Assembly: GCA_051985625.1 (NCBI GenBank) | Contig: JBPYFQ010000167.1 | Span: 13,973 to 77,972 of the forward strand | Reading direction: 5' to 3' | Source: Solirubrobacteraceae bacterium | GTDB taxonomy: Bacteria; Actinomycetota; Thermoleophilia; Solirubrobacterales; Solirubrobacteraceae | DNA: 64,000 nucleotides | Part shown: positions 50,825 through 61,488 of the stretch, in pieces | Layout of the letters: the number at the start of each line of letters is the position of its first letter | Position numbering within the stretch: position 1 is the first letter of the stretch | The notes under the pieces: model-generated | The model's database searches: none | Seen by the model: the letters and a program-made list of their open reading frames with translations, nothing else | Told to the model about the DNA's origin: nothing | Program-made: the position numbers and the translations under genes

Positions 50825-51790
50825 ATGCACTTTGTCGTCTTCGGCGCGGGCGCGATCGGCGGTGTCGTCGGCGCCCGCCTGCATCAGGCCGGCTTCGCCG
50901 TGACGCTGATCGCCCGCGGCGCCCACCTGGACGCGATCTCCAGGGACGGGCTGGAGCTGGTTACCCCGGAGGAGCGCGTCGTCCAGCGCATCCCGGCGGT
51001 GGGCTCGCCCGCCGAGGTGTCCTGGACGGGCGACGACGTCGTCCTGCTGGCGACCAAGAGCCAGGACACCCTGGCCGCGCTCACCGCTCTGCGGGATGCC
51101 GCCGGGCCGGCCACCCCCGTGGTCTGCCTGCAGAACGGGGTCGACAACGAGCGCGTGGCCGCGCGGCTGCTCGATTCCGTCTACGGTGCCGTCGTCATGT
51201 GCCCCACGGCCCACCTCACGCCCGGATCGGTCGAGGCGTACGGCACCACCTTGACCGGGATGTTCGACGTCGGCGTGTACCCGGACGGGATCGACGCCCG
51301 GTGCGAGCAGGTGTGCGCCGCGCTGGACGGCAGTCGGTTCACGTCGCGGCCGGTGGTGGATGTGATGCGCTTGAAGCACGCCAAGCTTCTGCTCAACCTC
51401 GGCAACGTCGTGCAGGCGCTGTGCGGTCCCGGCCCGGGCACCGAGGAGCTGACCGAGCGGGCGCGGCAGGAGGGCCGCGCGGTGCTGACCGCCGCCGGGG
51501 TGGAGCACGAGGCCCCGGAGGTGACCGATCTCGGCTCGCGCTGGCGGAAGATGGGGGTGCGCGACATCGACGGACGCGACCGCGCCGGCTCGTCCACCTG
51601 GCAGAGCCTGACCCGCGGGCTGCCGCTGGAGACCGACTACCTCAACGGGGAGGTGCGCTTGCTCGGGCGGCTGCACGGCGTGCCGACGCCGGTCAACGAC
51701 GCGCTGTGCCACCTGGCCTGGGAGGCCGCCCGCGAGCGGTGGGCGCCCGGCACGCTGTCCCCCGACGACGTGCTGACGGTGGCGGTATGA
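50825..51790 (+). CDS. Ketopantoate reductase family protein
   Basis: VFGAGAIGG, ATKS, LQNG, KLLLN, SSTWQ, ETDYLNGE. Confidence 0.85.
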   Translation: MHFVVFGAGAIGGVVGARLHQAGFAVTLIARGAHLDAISRDGLELVTPEERVVQRIPAVGSPAEVSWTGDDVVLLATKSQDTLAALTALRDAAGPATPVVCLQNGVDNERVAARLLDSVYGAVVMCPTAHLTPGSVEAYGTTLTGMFDVGVYPDGIDARCEQVCAALDGSRFTSRPVVDVMRLKHAKLLLNLGNVVQALCGPGPGTEELTERARQEGRAVLTAAGVEHEAPEVTDLGSRWRKMGVRDIDGRDRAGSSTWQSLTRGLPLETDYLNGEVRLLGRLHGVPTPVNDALCHLAWEAARERWAPGTLSPDDVLTVAV

Positions 51791-52941
51791 GCACTGTCAC
51801 TGACCCGGTCATCGCCGCCGAGGCCGCCGAGATCGCCGCGCGGGCGACCGACGAGCTGACGTGGCTGGTCGACATCTCCTCGCCGTCCGGCGACATCGAC
51901 GGCGCCGAGCGGGCGTTGGAGCTGTGCGCCCGGCTGCTGCCGGCGGACGCCGAAGTGCGGCGCGTGCCCTGCTCCACGCCCGGCAGCGCCCCGGACATGA
52001 TCGGCACCGTGACCGGCACCGGCACCGGGCGGCTGATGCTGCTCGGCCATGTCGACACGGTGATCGGCCACGATGCGCACCAGTCCCTGCGCCGCGAGGG
52101 CGAGCGGTTGTACGGCACCGGCACCGTCGACATGAAGGGCGGGGACATCCTGGCGCTCGGCGTGGCCCGGGCCCTGGCCGCCCGCCCCGAGACGTTCGCC
52201 GAGCTCGCCGTGCTGCTGGTGACCGACGAGGAGTGGCGAACCCACCCGTTCGTGCACGCCGGGCCGGGCGGCCCGTTCGCCGGCTATGACGCCTGCCTCT
52301 GCTTCGAGGGCGGCCAGCACGACGACAACGGCGACGAGGGCGTCGTCGTGCGCCGCAAGGCGGCCGGCACGCTGCGCGTCATCGCCACCGGGCGCGCCTC
52401 GCACTCGGGCAGCGCCCCGGATGCAGGCCGCAACGCGCTGCTGGCGCTGGCCCGGACGGCCGAGGCGGTCGCGGCCCTCCACGACCCGCACGGCCCGGAA
52501 AAGCTGAGCGCCGTGCCGACGGTCATGCGCTCCGGCGACGCGTTCAACATCGTGCCCGCCGCCGGCGAGCTCATCTTCGACCTGAGGGCCCGGAGCCTGG
52601 ACGCGTTCGACGCGGTGCTCGCCGCGGTCGCGCCGGTGCTCGACGAAGTCGTGCTCGACGCGCAGATGGAGCGCAACTGGCCCGGCATGGACTCGACGAC
52701 GCTGACCGAGCCGCTGCTCGCCGCCGCGTCGGACCGGCTGGGCCGGACGATCACCGGCGTGGCGCGCGGCGGGGCCAGCGACGCCAGCCACTTCGCCGAC
52801 ACCATCCCGCTGACCGTCGACGGTCTGGGGCCCCGCGGGGGCGGTGCCCACACGCCGGAGGAGTTCGTGCTGCAGTCCGGGCTCGGGGAGCGGGCCGAGG
52901 TGGCCCTGGCGCTGGCCCACGAGGTCCTGGCGAAGAGTTAG
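51787..52941 (+). CDS. M20/M25/M40 metallopeptidase
   Basis: LGHVDTV, DMKGG, DEE, GGASD, GGGAHTPEE. Confidence 0.9.
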   Translation: MSTVTDPVIAAEAAEIAARATDELTWLVDISSPSGDIDGAERALELCARLLPADAEVRRVPCSTPGSAPDMIGTVTGTGTGRLMLLGHVDTVIGHDAHQSLRREGERLYGTGTVDMKGGDILALGVARALAARPETFAELAVLLVTDEEWRTHPFVHAGPGGPFAGYDACLCFEGGQHDDNGDEGVVVRRKAAGTLRVIATGRASHSGSAPDAGRNALLALARTAEAVAALHDPHGPEKLSAVPTVMRSGDAFNIVPAAGELIFDLRARSLDAFDAVLAAVAPVLDEVVLDAQMERNWPGMDSTTLTEPLLAAASDRLGRTITGVARGGASDASHFADTIPLTVDGLGPRGGGAHTPEEFVLQSGLGERAEVALALAHEVLAKS

Positions 52942-52998
52942 CGAATAGTGGCCGATGACCGTGCCCGGGCGGCGGGAGCACGTGTCATCCTTGAGACT

Positions 52999-53772
52999 AT
53001 GCCCACCCGGCTCGATCTCACCTCCGGCCCCACCCGGCCGGCGTCGCGCTCCAGTGCCGGCCGCCGGCCGTCGTCCTCATCCCGCCGCTGGGTCAGCCCG
53101 GAGCGCCAGCGCGAGTCGGTCCAGGGCCTTGCTCTGCTGTTCGGGATCGTGGCGTTCATGTGGCTGGTGGAGGTGATCAACACCCTCGACGCCAACCGCC
53201 TGGACTACGACGGGATCTACCCCCGCAACGTCGACCGGCTGTGGGGGATCCTGACCGCGCCGTTCCTGCACGTCAGCTTCGCCCACCTCATCGACAACAC
53301 GATCCCGTTCGTGTTCATGGGGGTAATCATCGCGCTGCGCGGCGCTTGGCGCCTGGCCCTGGTGACGCTCATCGTCATCCTGGTCGGCGGTATCGGCACG
53401 TGGCTGGTGGCGCCCGGCGGTTCAGTCACCATCGGCGCCAGCGGGGTCGTGTTCGGCTACGCCACGTACCTGTTCGCCCGCGGGCTGTTCGACCGCAGCT
53501 GGCTGGAGATCCTGACCGGCGTGGTGGTCGGTGTCGTCTGGGGCGGCGCGCTCGTATCGAGCGTCGTGCCCCACAACGGGATCTCCTGGCAGGCGCACGT
53601 GTGCGGCGCGATCGGCGGCGTGGTGGCCGCCTGGCTGCTGGCCGGCCGGCGGACCGGGTCGCCTGGGTCGACCGGGTCTCCCGGGTCGCCCGGGTCGGGC
53701 GGCGGCGGCCGGAAGGCCCCGTCCGGGGAGGGCCACCTGCACGACGCGCTCGACAGGGCGCTCGCTCCGTAG
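52999..53772 (+). CDS. Rhomboid intramembrane serine protease
   Basis: FLH...HL..N, GASG, SWQAH. Confidence 0.9.
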   Translation: MPTRLDLTSGPTRPASRSSAGRRPSSSSRRWVSPERQRESVQGLALLFGIVAFMWLVEVINTLDANRLDYDGIYPRNVDRLWGILTAPFLHVSFAHLIDNTIPFVFMGVIIALRGAWRLALVTLIVILVGGIGTWLVAPGGSVTIGASGVVFGYATYLFARGLFDRSWLEILTGVVVGVVWGGALVSSVVPHNGISWQAHVCGAIGGVVAAWLLAGRRTGSPGSTGSPGSPGSGGGGRKAPSGEGHLHDALDRALAP

Positions 53773-53874
53773 CCCCTTCACTCACCCGTGACTCCTCCGA
53801 GCCGTCTGGGGGCTGAGTGTGCCTCAAGCACACTGAGCCACCACGACCCCGGTCGCCTCAGTAGCCTGCCGTCC

Positions 53875-54882
53875 GTGCGCATCTTCTCCGGAATCCAGCC
53901 CACCGGCCGCAAGCACCTCGGTAACTACATCGGTGCCATCACCCAGTACGTGGCCGGCCAGGACCGCGGCGAGGCGATCTACTGCGTCGTCGACCTGCAC
54001 GCCATCACCGTGCCCTACGAGGCGGGCGGCCTGCGCGAGTCGGTCTACGACACCGCGGCCACGCTGCTGGCCGCGGGCCTCGACCCGGGACGCTGCATCT
54101 TCTTTCGCCAGAGCGACGTGCAGGAGCACCCGGAGTTGAGCTGGCTGCTGTCCAGCGTGACCTCCTACGGCGACCTGACCCGGATGCACCAGTTCAAGGA
54201 CAAGGCCGGCGCCCAGCGCGAGCTGGTGTCCGCCGGGCTGTTCACCTATCCGGTGCTGATGGCCGCCGACGTGCTGGCCTACCGCGCCCACGAGGTGCCG
54301 GTGGGCGACGACCAGCGCCAGCACGTGGAGCTGATGCGCGACATCGCCGAGCGCTTCAACGCCCGCTACGGCGAGACCCTGGTGGTGCCCGAGGTCCGCA
54401 TCCCCGAGGTGGGGGCGCGGATCATGGACCTCCAGGCACCGGAGCGCAAGATGTCCACCACCGGCGGCACCCCCCAGGGGACCGTCCTCGTCCTGGACGA
54501 GCCGTCGGCCATCGCCAAGAAGTTCCGCTCCTCGGTCACCGACTCGGGCAGCGAGGTCCGGCGGGCCCCGGACAAACCCGGGATCTCCAACCTCATCGAC
54601 ATCCTGGCGGCCGTCCGGGGCGACGATCCGGCGGCGATCGAGGCCGAGTTCGCCGGCTCGGGCTACGGGGCGTTCAAGCAGGCCGTGGCCGACGCGGTGA
54701 TCGACTACCTCGCCCCGGTCCGCGAGCGCTACCAGGAGTTGCGCGCCGACGAGGGCGAGCTGGAGCGGATCCTGGCGAACGGGGCCGACAAGGCGCGGGC
54801 GATCGCCTCGGACACGCTGGCCGACGTGCGCGAGGCGATGGGGGTGGGTCCGGTGACGCTGGGGGTCCGACCCGGCCACTAA
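53875..54882 (+). CDS. trpS: Tryptophanyl-tRNA synthetase
   Basis: SGIQPTG, HLGNY, YPVLMAAD, VPVGDDQ, KMST. Confidence 0.97.
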   Translation: MRIFSGIQPTGRKHLGNYIGAITQYVAGQDRGEAIYCVVDLHAITVPYEAGGLRESVYDTAATLLAAGLDPGRCIFFRQSDVQEHPELSWLLSSVTSYGDLTRMHQFKDKAGAQRELVSAGLFTYPVLMAADVLAYRAHEVPVGDDQRQHVELMRDIAERFNARYGETLVVPEVRIPEVGARIMDLQAPERKMSTTGGTPQGTVLVLDEPSAIAKKFRSSVTDSGSEVRRAPDKPGISNLIDILAAVRGDDPAAIEAEFAGSGYGAFKQAVADAVIDYLAPVRERYQELRADEGELERILANGADKARAIASDTLADVREAMGVGPVTLGVRPGH

Positions 54883-54912
54883 CGTCTAGGGTCTCATGCG
54901 GAGGCCCCGGGC

Positions 54913-55692
54913 GTGACGCTGACCTACCTTGAGCTGGACCTCGACGTCTTCGCGGGTCCTTTTGACCTGCTCCTGACGCTGATTCTGCGTGAGGAGGTCG
55001 ACCTGCTGGAGGTCGATCTGGCCGATGTCGTCATCACCTACATCGACCATCTGGAGCGCCGTGGCGACCTCGATCTGGAGGCCGCCACCGAGTTCCTGGT
55101 CCTGATCGCGGCGCTGCTGGAGCTCAAATCGCGGCTCCTGCTGCCGGGCGAGGAGATCGAGGAGATCGACCTGGATCCGGGCGAGGCGGCCGAGGAGCTG
55201 CTGGCCCGCCTGCTGGACGCCCAGCGCTACCGGGCGGCCGCCGCGTACCTGACCGAGCGCCTCCAGGACGAGGCCGGCCACCGCTTCCGGTCGGCGCCGC
55301 TGCCCCCGCAACTGCGCAAGGCCTCACTCCGGGATGCCTCGTCGGTGTATGACCCGGCGATTCTGAGTACGTCGATCGGCAACCTCCTCCAGCTTCCGGC
55401 GCCGGTCGACATCCGGCACATCACGATCGCCAAGGTCACGGTGGCCGAGCGCCTGTCCCACCTGCGCCGACTGTTGTCCCGCGGGCGCTTCACCTTCTCC
55501 GAGGCGGTCGGCCGGGCCGACCGGGTGACGGTGGCCGTCACCCTGTACGCGCTGCTGGAGCTCTACAAGCAGGGCGAGGCGACCTGGATCCAGGACGAGC
55601 CGTTCGCCGAGATCACCGTCCAGTCGTTGCGGCCATCCGAGGGCCTGCGAGCGGTGCCGGATCCGCCGCGGGAGGAGAGGTTGAGCGCGTGA
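54913..55692 (+). CDS. scpA: Segregation/condensation protein A
   Basis: FAGPFDLLL, EFLV..A.LLELKSRLLLP, ALLELYKQG. Confidence 0.92.
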   Translation: MTLTYLELDLDVFAGPFDLLLTLILREEVDLLEVDLADVVITYIDHLERRGDLDLEAATEFLVLIAALLELKSRLLLPGEEIEEIDLDPGEAAEELLARLLDAQRYRAAAAYLTERLQDEAGHRFRSAPLPPQLRKASLRDASSVYDPAILSTSIGNLLQLPAPVDIRHITIAKVTVAERLSHLRRLLSRGRFTFSEAVGRADRVTVAVTLYALLELYKQGEATWIQDEPFAEITVQSLRPSEGLRAVPDPPREERLSA

Positions 55693-55753
55693 GTAGCCGG
55701 ATGACTCACGCGGCCTCCGACGGGCGAGGCCGGATGCCGAGCGGAGGCCAAGC

Positions 55754-56572
55754 GTGAGGGCTGAGCTGGAGCGCACGGTCGAGTCGCTGCTGTTTCTGAG
55801 CGCCGAGCCGGTTCCGGCGCCCGCGCTGGCCGACGCCACCGGCGCCGAGCTGCACGAGGTGGTCACGGCCCTGGATCGCCTCCGGGAGCACTACGAGTAC
55901 GAGCGGCGCGGGTTCGTGGTGCGTGAGCTGGCCGGCGGCTACACGCTCAGCAGCCATCCCGACGCCGAGGCCGCCGCCCGGCGCCTGCTGGCCAAGCCGC
56001 GGACCCCGCCGCTGACCGCCGCCCAGGCCGAGACCCTGGCCATCGTCGCCTACCTGCAGCCGGTGTCCCGCCCGGAGATCGCCCGCATCCGCGGCGTGAG
56101 CGCGGAGTCGGCGGCGACGACCCTCCTGGAGCGGGGGATCATCGAGGAGGCCGGCCGCTCCCAGTTCGGGGCGGTCCTATACCGGACCACCGACCTGTTC
56201 CTCAAGCTGTTCGGGCTCAACGAGCTCAAGGACCTGCCGGACATCGCCGGTTTCGACGCGTCGCCGGAGTTCGAGCAGGAGTTGCGCGAGCGCCTGCTGC
56301 GGGCGGGCGAGGCCCGGGCCGGGCTGGCCGGGGTGTCGACGCCGCCGGTGGAGGACGGGGAAGGGCCGGTCGACCACGGCGACGGGGGAGAGGCTGTCGA
56401 CGACGCGGGCGCCGAAGGCGCGGTCGCCGGCCCCGACGGCGAGATCGTCGACGAGGCCGAGTTCGCCGACGAGGTCGAGGCCGTGGGCGACGTCGAGCCG
56501 GCCGAGACGCCGGCACCGGATGCCGGCGAATCGACCGCCGGTGCGGCGGACGCCCCCGATTCCGGCCAGTAG
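55754..56572 (+). CDS. scpB: Segregation/condensation protein B
   Basis: ETLAIVAYLQPVSR..IRGV, YRTT..FL..FGL. Confidence 0.95.
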   Translation: MRAELERTVESLLFLSAEPVPAPALADATGAELHEVVTALDRLREHYEYERRGFVVRELAGGYTLSSHPDAEAAARRLLAKPRTPPLTAAQAETLAIVAYLQPVSRPEIARIRGVSAESAATTLLERGIIEEAGRSQFGAVLYRTTDLFLKLFGLNELKDLPDIAGFDASPEFEQELRERLLRAGEARAGLAGVSTPPVEDGEGPVDHGDGGEAVDDAGAEGAVAGPDGEIVDEAEFADEVEAVGDVEPAETPAPDAGESTAGAADAPDSGQ

Positions 56573-56617
56573 CGCGCGAGTGCCATCTGGTGGTTGCTGA
56601 GCACCCATAACCGGCGC

Positions 56618-57664
56618 TCAGGGCAGGCCGAGGAAGCGGCGGACGTCGTCGGCGTCACGCTGCAGGGCCGCGGCGGCCTCCGCGTCCAGCGACGCGAACG
56701 GCTCGATCTCGATCCGCCGCCCGTTGATCCGCCAGCCGGCACCGGCCCGCCCGCCGACGAGGGCAAATCCGCGGAAGATCCCGCCGGTCACAATGAGCGG
56801 CTCCTCCGCGCCCAGCACCTCGGCCCGGGAGCGCCAGCCCATCAGCACGGGCTCGAACGCGCCCAACAGGCGGGGCGGCGGCGCCGCCGGTGACCGCCTC
56901 GCGCCCTTCAGCTCCACCAGCCCGCCGGGGCCGGCCTCTCGGAGCCGGCCGCCGAGCGCCTCCAGGCCGGCGCGGGCGTCGCGCAGCGGCAGCCCGGCCC
57001 AGCGGGCCAGATCGTCGTCGGTCGCCGGGGCGTGGCCGGCCAGGTACCGCCGGGCCAGTTCGGCCAGCGCGACGTCGCGGGGCGGCGGGGGACCGACGTC
57101 CGGCAGCCAGTCGCGCACCAGCGCATAGGCGTGCTCACGGCCGGCCATCGGGCCGCGGATGATCCGCCCCTCGATCGACGCCCGCACCAGCAGGTGCACG
57201 AGCGCCTGGCCGGCGGTCGGCACCCCGGCCCGGTTCAGGCGCTCGCGCAGGGCGCTGCGGCCCAGCGGCCCCTCCTCGGCGACCGCCCGCTCGATCACCG
57301 CCACCCCGCGGGCGGCCGCGTCCGGATCGACCCGCTCCTGAGCGAGCCGCCGCGCAACCGCGGTGCGCAGGGGCGGGGTGGTCAGCAGCTGGAGCATCGG
57401 GTAGTCCTCGCTGCGCACCAGGTGCAGCGTGCCCCGGTTGAGCCAGGTGATGAGCAGCGACCGGCGCTCGGTCAGCGCGCGGTCGACGTCGGCCGCGGTC
57501 AGGCCGTCCGTCCGGGCTCGGATGGCCAGCCGGGCGCCGCGGGGATCCTGGGCCTGGATCGCCAGCAGCCGCTCGGCTACGGCGACCGGCCCGCGGGCGG
57601 GGCTCCCGGAGAGGAGCTGAGCGGCCAGCCGCCGCGCCAGCGGGCCGTCGCGCTTGGTCGACAC
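56618..57664 (-). CDS. Winged-helix AlkZ/YcaQ-like DNA glycosylase family protein
   Basis: AIQAQD (QxQ), TWLNRGTLHLV, DLARWAGL. Confidence 0.8.
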   Translation of the reverse strand: MSTKRDGPLARRLAAQLLSGSPARGPVAVAERLLAIQAQDPRGARLAIRARTDGLTAADVDRALTERRSLLITWLNRGTLHLVRSEDYPMLQLLTTPPLRTAVARRLAQERVDPDAAARGVAVIERAVAEEGPLGRSALRERLNRAGVPTAGQALVHLLVRASIEGRIIRGPMAGREHAYALVRDWLPDVGPPPPRDVALAELARRYLAGHAPATDDDLARWAGLPLRDARAGLEALGGRLREAGPGGLVELKGARRSPAAPPPRLLGAFEPVLMGWRSRAEVLGAEEPLIVTGGIFRGFALVGGRAGAGWRINGRRIEIEPFASLDAEAAAALQRDADDVRRFLGLP

Positions 57665-57854
57665 GCGGGTGATGATGGCGTACGCGTCGCCGGTCGCCCC
57701 CGGGAATGAGGCGACCCGCTGCGGCCCGCAAGTCCGCGCCTGGCCGGTAAGAATGGGTCAATTCACTTACTTCTGGTCAACATCGAACCAGCCGAGGTAG
57801 GTATGGCGTCAAGATTTATTCGCCCAATACAAACGGGCCGCTAACACAAATGGG

Positions 57855-59978
57855 ATGCGTCGGCGCGCCCCCGCCCCCTCACGACGCCCGCACGTCCAGC
57901 TGCCACATCTCGATGGCCTCGACGGCCTGCGCGGGATCGCCGTCATTGCGGTCATCCTGTACCACGGCGGGGTCTCCTGGGCCCCCGGCGGCCTGCTTGG
58001 GGTGGAGCTGTTCTTCGTCCTCTCCGGCTTTCTCATCACGTCGCTGCTACTCGCCGAGTGGACGCGGTCGGCCACCATCGTGCTCCGGACGTTCTGGGCC
58101 CGGCGGGCTCGGCGGCTGCTACCGGCGCTGTTCCTGCTGGTGCTGGCGATCGGCGTCTTCTACGCGCTCGGCGGCCCTACCACGGCGGTGCCCAACCTGG
58201 AGAACGACGGGGTCTCGACCCTCCTGTACTTCAACAACTGGCACCAGATCGCCAACGGCACCAACTACTTCGCCGCCAGCGGGCCGATCTCGCCGCTGCA
58301 GCACACGTGGTCGCTGGCGATCGAGGAGCAGTTCTACCTCGTGTGGCCGCTCGTCGTCCTGGGGGTGCTGGCGCTGGCCCGCCGCCGGGGCGCCTCGGGG
58401 CGGCGCTCGCTGCAGATCCTGCTCGGCCTGAGCCTGGCCGGCGCCTTTCTCTCCGCCGCCGACATGGCGATCCTGTTCGGAGGCGCTCACGGGCTCGACC
58501 GCGTCTACTACGGGACCGACACGCGGGCGGCCGGGCTACTGATCGGCGCGTCGCTGGCGATCGCCGTCACCCTGCACCGCCGCCGCCTGGCGCCTGACGG
58601 ACTCCCCGGGCTGAGCCTGGCGTGGCGCCACGTGATCGCCGCCGTCTCGCTGGCGTCGCTGGTGGCCATGATCGCGGGCATCGGGCTTGCCGGCGGGGCC
58701 GACGGGTGGCTGTACCCGTACGGCATGCTCGGCCTCGACGCGGCCGCTGTCTTCGTGATCCTGGCCGTGGTCGTCACGCCGCAGGCGCCGGTGGTCCGCC
58801 TCCTGGCCCTGGCGCCGCTGCGGGGCATCGGCGCCATCTCCTATGGCCTGTACCTCTGGCACTTCCCGCTGTTCCTGTGGCTGGACGAGAGCTCCACCCA
58901 CGCTGGCGGCGCCGCGCTGCTCGTCCTGCGCCTGTCGGTGACTCTGGCCGTGAGCCTGGCGTCCTACTGGCTGGTCGAGCAGCCGATCCGGCGGCGCCGG
59001 CGACCGGCCTGGGTGACCCGGGGCCTGGTGCCCGCCGGGGCGGGGGCCGCGTTCGCATCGCTGATCATGGCCTCGGCGGCGGCGTCGCTGCCGGTCGGCG
59101 TCCCGGGCGCATCCCAGCTCCCCAGGGCGCCGGCGCACCTCCGCGGCACCGACGGCCCGTGCACCGAGACGCTGACCGACACGGCGCAGTACGGGCTGGC
59201 GCCGCTGGCGCCCGGTCAGGAGACGAAGTTCGAGTACAAGTCGCTGGGCGCCTCGAGCCTGGTGTGGAACGGATCGGCGAAACGGACGTTCGAGACGTGC
59301 CCGCCCAAGCGGGTGATGGTCGTGGGCGACTCGCTGGCGTTCACGATCGGCCTGCCCATGATGGACGACGAGCAGAGCTACGGGGTGCAGCTGGCCAACG
59401 CTGCCCAGCTCGGATGCGCGTTCTCCACCAAGGGCCAGCTCGACCTCAACGGCACCTGGGTGGACCCGCCCGCCGGGTGCGCGTCGGCCCTGTCGCAGTG
59501 GGCGCAGGAGGAGAAGACGCTCCACGCCCAGGAGGTCGTCGTGGAGCTCGGCTACCGGGACGAGTTCGACTGGCGCTGGGGCAACCGGGTGGTTCACCTC
59601 GGCCAGCCGCAGTTCGACGCCTACGTCCAGGCCCAGATCGACCGCTACGTGCAGGTGCTCGGCGCCCACGGGGTCAAGGTCCTGTTCCTCTCGGTGCCCT
59701 ACACCCATCCGCCGGACCAGGCCGACGGAGCCTCGCCTCCGGCCGCGCAGCCGGCCCGCCACGAGCGGATCAACGCGCTGCTGGAACGGGAGGCGCAGCG
59801 TCATCCGGCGTCGGTCCGCGTCCTCGACATCGATCGGATCATCTCGCCCGGCAATCACTACGACGCTCGGGTCGACGGACAGGTGTGCCGGTTCGACGGG
59901 ATCCACTTCAGCGTGTTCTGCAGCAAGCTGATGGAGCGCAGCGTGCTGGGGGAGGCCCGCCGGTCGCTGGGGAGGTGA
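57855..59978 (+). CDS. OatA-like acyltransferase (AT3 plus SGNH domain)
   Basis: LDGLRGIAV, FFVLSGFLIT, HTWSLAIEEQFY, SYGLYLWH; C-terminal GDS...DGIH. Confidence 0.9.
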   Translation: MRRRAPAPSRRPHVQLPHLDGLDGLRGIAVIAVILYHGGVSWAPGGLLGVELFFVLSGFLITSLLLAEWTRSATIVLRTFWARRARRLLPALFLLVLAIGVFYALGGPTTAVPNLENDGVSTLLYFNNWHQIANGTNYFAASGPISPLQHTWSLAIEEQFYLVWPLVVLGVLALARRRGASGRRSLQILLGLSLAGAFLSAADMAILFGGAHGLDRVYYGTDTRAAGLLIGASLAIAVTLHRRRLAPDGLPGLSLAWRHVIAAVSLASLVAMIAGIGLAGGADGWLYPYGMLGLDAAAVFVILAVVVTPQAPVVRLLALAPLRGIGAISYGLYLWHFPLFLWLDESSTHAGGAALLVLRLSVTLAVSLASYWLVEQPIRRRRRPAWVTRGLVPAGAGAAFASLIMASAAASLPVGVPGASQLPRAPAHLRGTDGPCTETLTDTAQYGLAPLAPGQETKFEYKSLGASSLVWNGSAKRTFETCPPKRVMVVGDSLAFTIGLPMMDDEQSYGVQLANAAQLGCAFSTKGQLDLNGTWVDPPAGCASALSQWAQEEKTLHAQEVVVELGYRDEFDWRWGNRVVHLGQPQFDAYVQAQIDRYVQVLGAHGVKVLFLSVPYTHPPDQADGASPPAAQPARHERINALLEREAQRHPASVRVLDIDRIISPGNHYDARVDGQVCRFDGIHFSVFCSKLMERSVLGEARRSLGR

Positions 59979-60093
59979 TCCAGGCTTAGCCCAACGCTAA
60001 GCGCGACGACGCCTCCCGCCGATACGATCGCTGACGCAGGGAGGGGCCGGCGCGCGCGCCGGTCCGAACGCGACCCCGGGGTGTTCTGGGCCT

Positions 60094-61428
60094 TTGTTGC
60101 AACGCTTCCACCGACTTATCTGGCCGGTCGCGGCCCTGGCCATCGTGCTGGGCGGGGCGGCCCTGGTCCGGTGGGACGTCGTCCGGCCGGCCCAGGCACG
60201 GGCGGCTCGGCAGGCGACTGCGGCACCCGTGCCCGGGCTGGAGTCGCCGGCGGACGTGCGCGTGCCGAGCCAGTCCGGCCACTGGGTGACCGCCTGGACC
60301 GAGGCGCCGCAGGCTCCGGTGGGCGGCAACCGCGGCTTCGCCCACCAGACGATCCGGCAGATCGTGTTCGCCAGCGCAGCCGGCTCGGCGGTCCGCATCC
60401 GCCTGACCAACACGTTCGGCTCCCGTCCGCTTGAGGTGGGCCAGGCGTCGGTCGCCATCCAGGGAGGCGGCGCCCGGCTGGCCGCCGGCAGCTTGCGCAC
60501 CGTGACATTCGGCGGCAGCCCGTCGGTCATCGTCCCGCCCGGCGCCGAGGTGCTGTCCGATCCCGTGCGCCTCTCGGTCCGCCGGTTCGCGCACGTCGCA
60601 GTCAGTCTGTATCTGCCGGTGGCGACCGGCCCGGCCACCGGGCACGTCCAGGCCCGTCAGGTGACCTACGTCGCGTCGGGCGACCGCGCGCTGGCCGCCG
60701 GTGCGCCGGGCTTCGGCCCCCGGAGCCTGTCCTGGTACTTCCTGGCCGGGGTCGACGTGATCGCCCCGACGCGGTACACGGGGACGATCGTGACGCTCGG
60801 GGACTCCATCACCGACGGGGTCGGCTCGCCGGTCAACGCCAACGCGCGATGGCCGGACGATCTCGCCCGCCGCCTTGGCGGGCGGGGCGGGAAGACGATG
60901 GCGGTGGCCGACGCCGGGATCGGCGGCAACCGCGTGCTCAACAACTCGGCCTGCTGCGGCGTCAACAGCGTGGCGCGGTTCGGTCGCGATGTGCTCGGCC
61001 AGGCCCGGGCGCGCGACGTCATCCTGCTGGAGGGCATCAACGACATCGGCTTCAGCCGGAGCACCAATCCCAGCAATCGGCCGCATACCGACGTGTCCGC
61101 GCTGCAGATCGTCGAGGGTTACCAGCAGATCATCGCCAAAGCCCATGCCGCGGGGTTGCGGATCTTCGGCGCCACCCTGACCCCGTTCAAGGGCGCCCGC
61201 TACTGGAGCGCCGAGGGCGAGGCCAAGCGCGAGGCGGTCAACCGCTGGATCCTCGACAGCGGCGCGTTCGACGGGGTCATCGACTTCGCCGGCGCCGTCG
61301 CCGACCCCAGCAACCCGGAGCAGCTCAAGCCGGCCGACGACAGCGGCGACCACCTGCACCCCAACGCCGCCGGCTACCGCGCCATGGCCAACGCCATCAA
61401 CCTGGGGATGCTGCTGCACCGGCGATGA
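60094..61428 (+). CDS. Secreted SGNH/GDSL hydrolase
   Basis: LGDSITDG, GIGGNR, EGINDIG, DHLHPN. Confidence 0.9.
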   Translation: MLQRFHRLIWPVAALAIVLGGAALVRWDVVRPAQARAARQATAAPVPGLESPADVRVPSQSGHWVTAWTEAPQAPVGGNRGFAHQTIRQIVFASAAGSAVRIRLTNTFGSRPLEVGQASVAIQGGGARLAAGSLRTVTFGGSPSVIVPPGAEVLSDPVRLSVRRFAHVAVSLYLPVATGPATGHVQARQVTYVASGDRALAAGAPGFGPRSLSWYFLAGVDVIAPTRYTGTIVTLGDSITDGVGSPVNANARWPDDLARRLGGRGGKTMAVADAGIGGNRVLNNSACCGVNSVARFGRDVLGQARARDVILLEGINDIGFSRSTNPSNRPHTDVSALQIVEGYQQIIAKAHAAGLRIFGATLTPFKGARYWSAEGEAKREAVNRWILDSGAFDGVIDFAGAVADPSNPEQLKPADDSGDHLHPNAAGYRAMANAINLGMLLHRR

Positions 61429-61429
61429 A

Positions 61430-61466
61430 TGGCGATTCACCGGCAGGGGCTGCCGGTGATTCGCCA
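61430..61466. terminator. Hairpin between convergent SGNH and rlmN genes (probable terminator)
   Basis: 17-bp stem with one mismatch: TGGCGATTCACCGGCAG-GGG-CTGCCGGTGATTCGCCA. Confidence 0.7.
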
Positions 61467-61488
61467 AAGTTGCGGCAGGCGAGCCGCG

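Noticed and set aside
53773-53874. T-box leader for trpS
   Set aside because: The region is too short and has no T-box consensus; only a 12-bp hairpin (53811-53839) is present, probably ending the rhomboid transcript.
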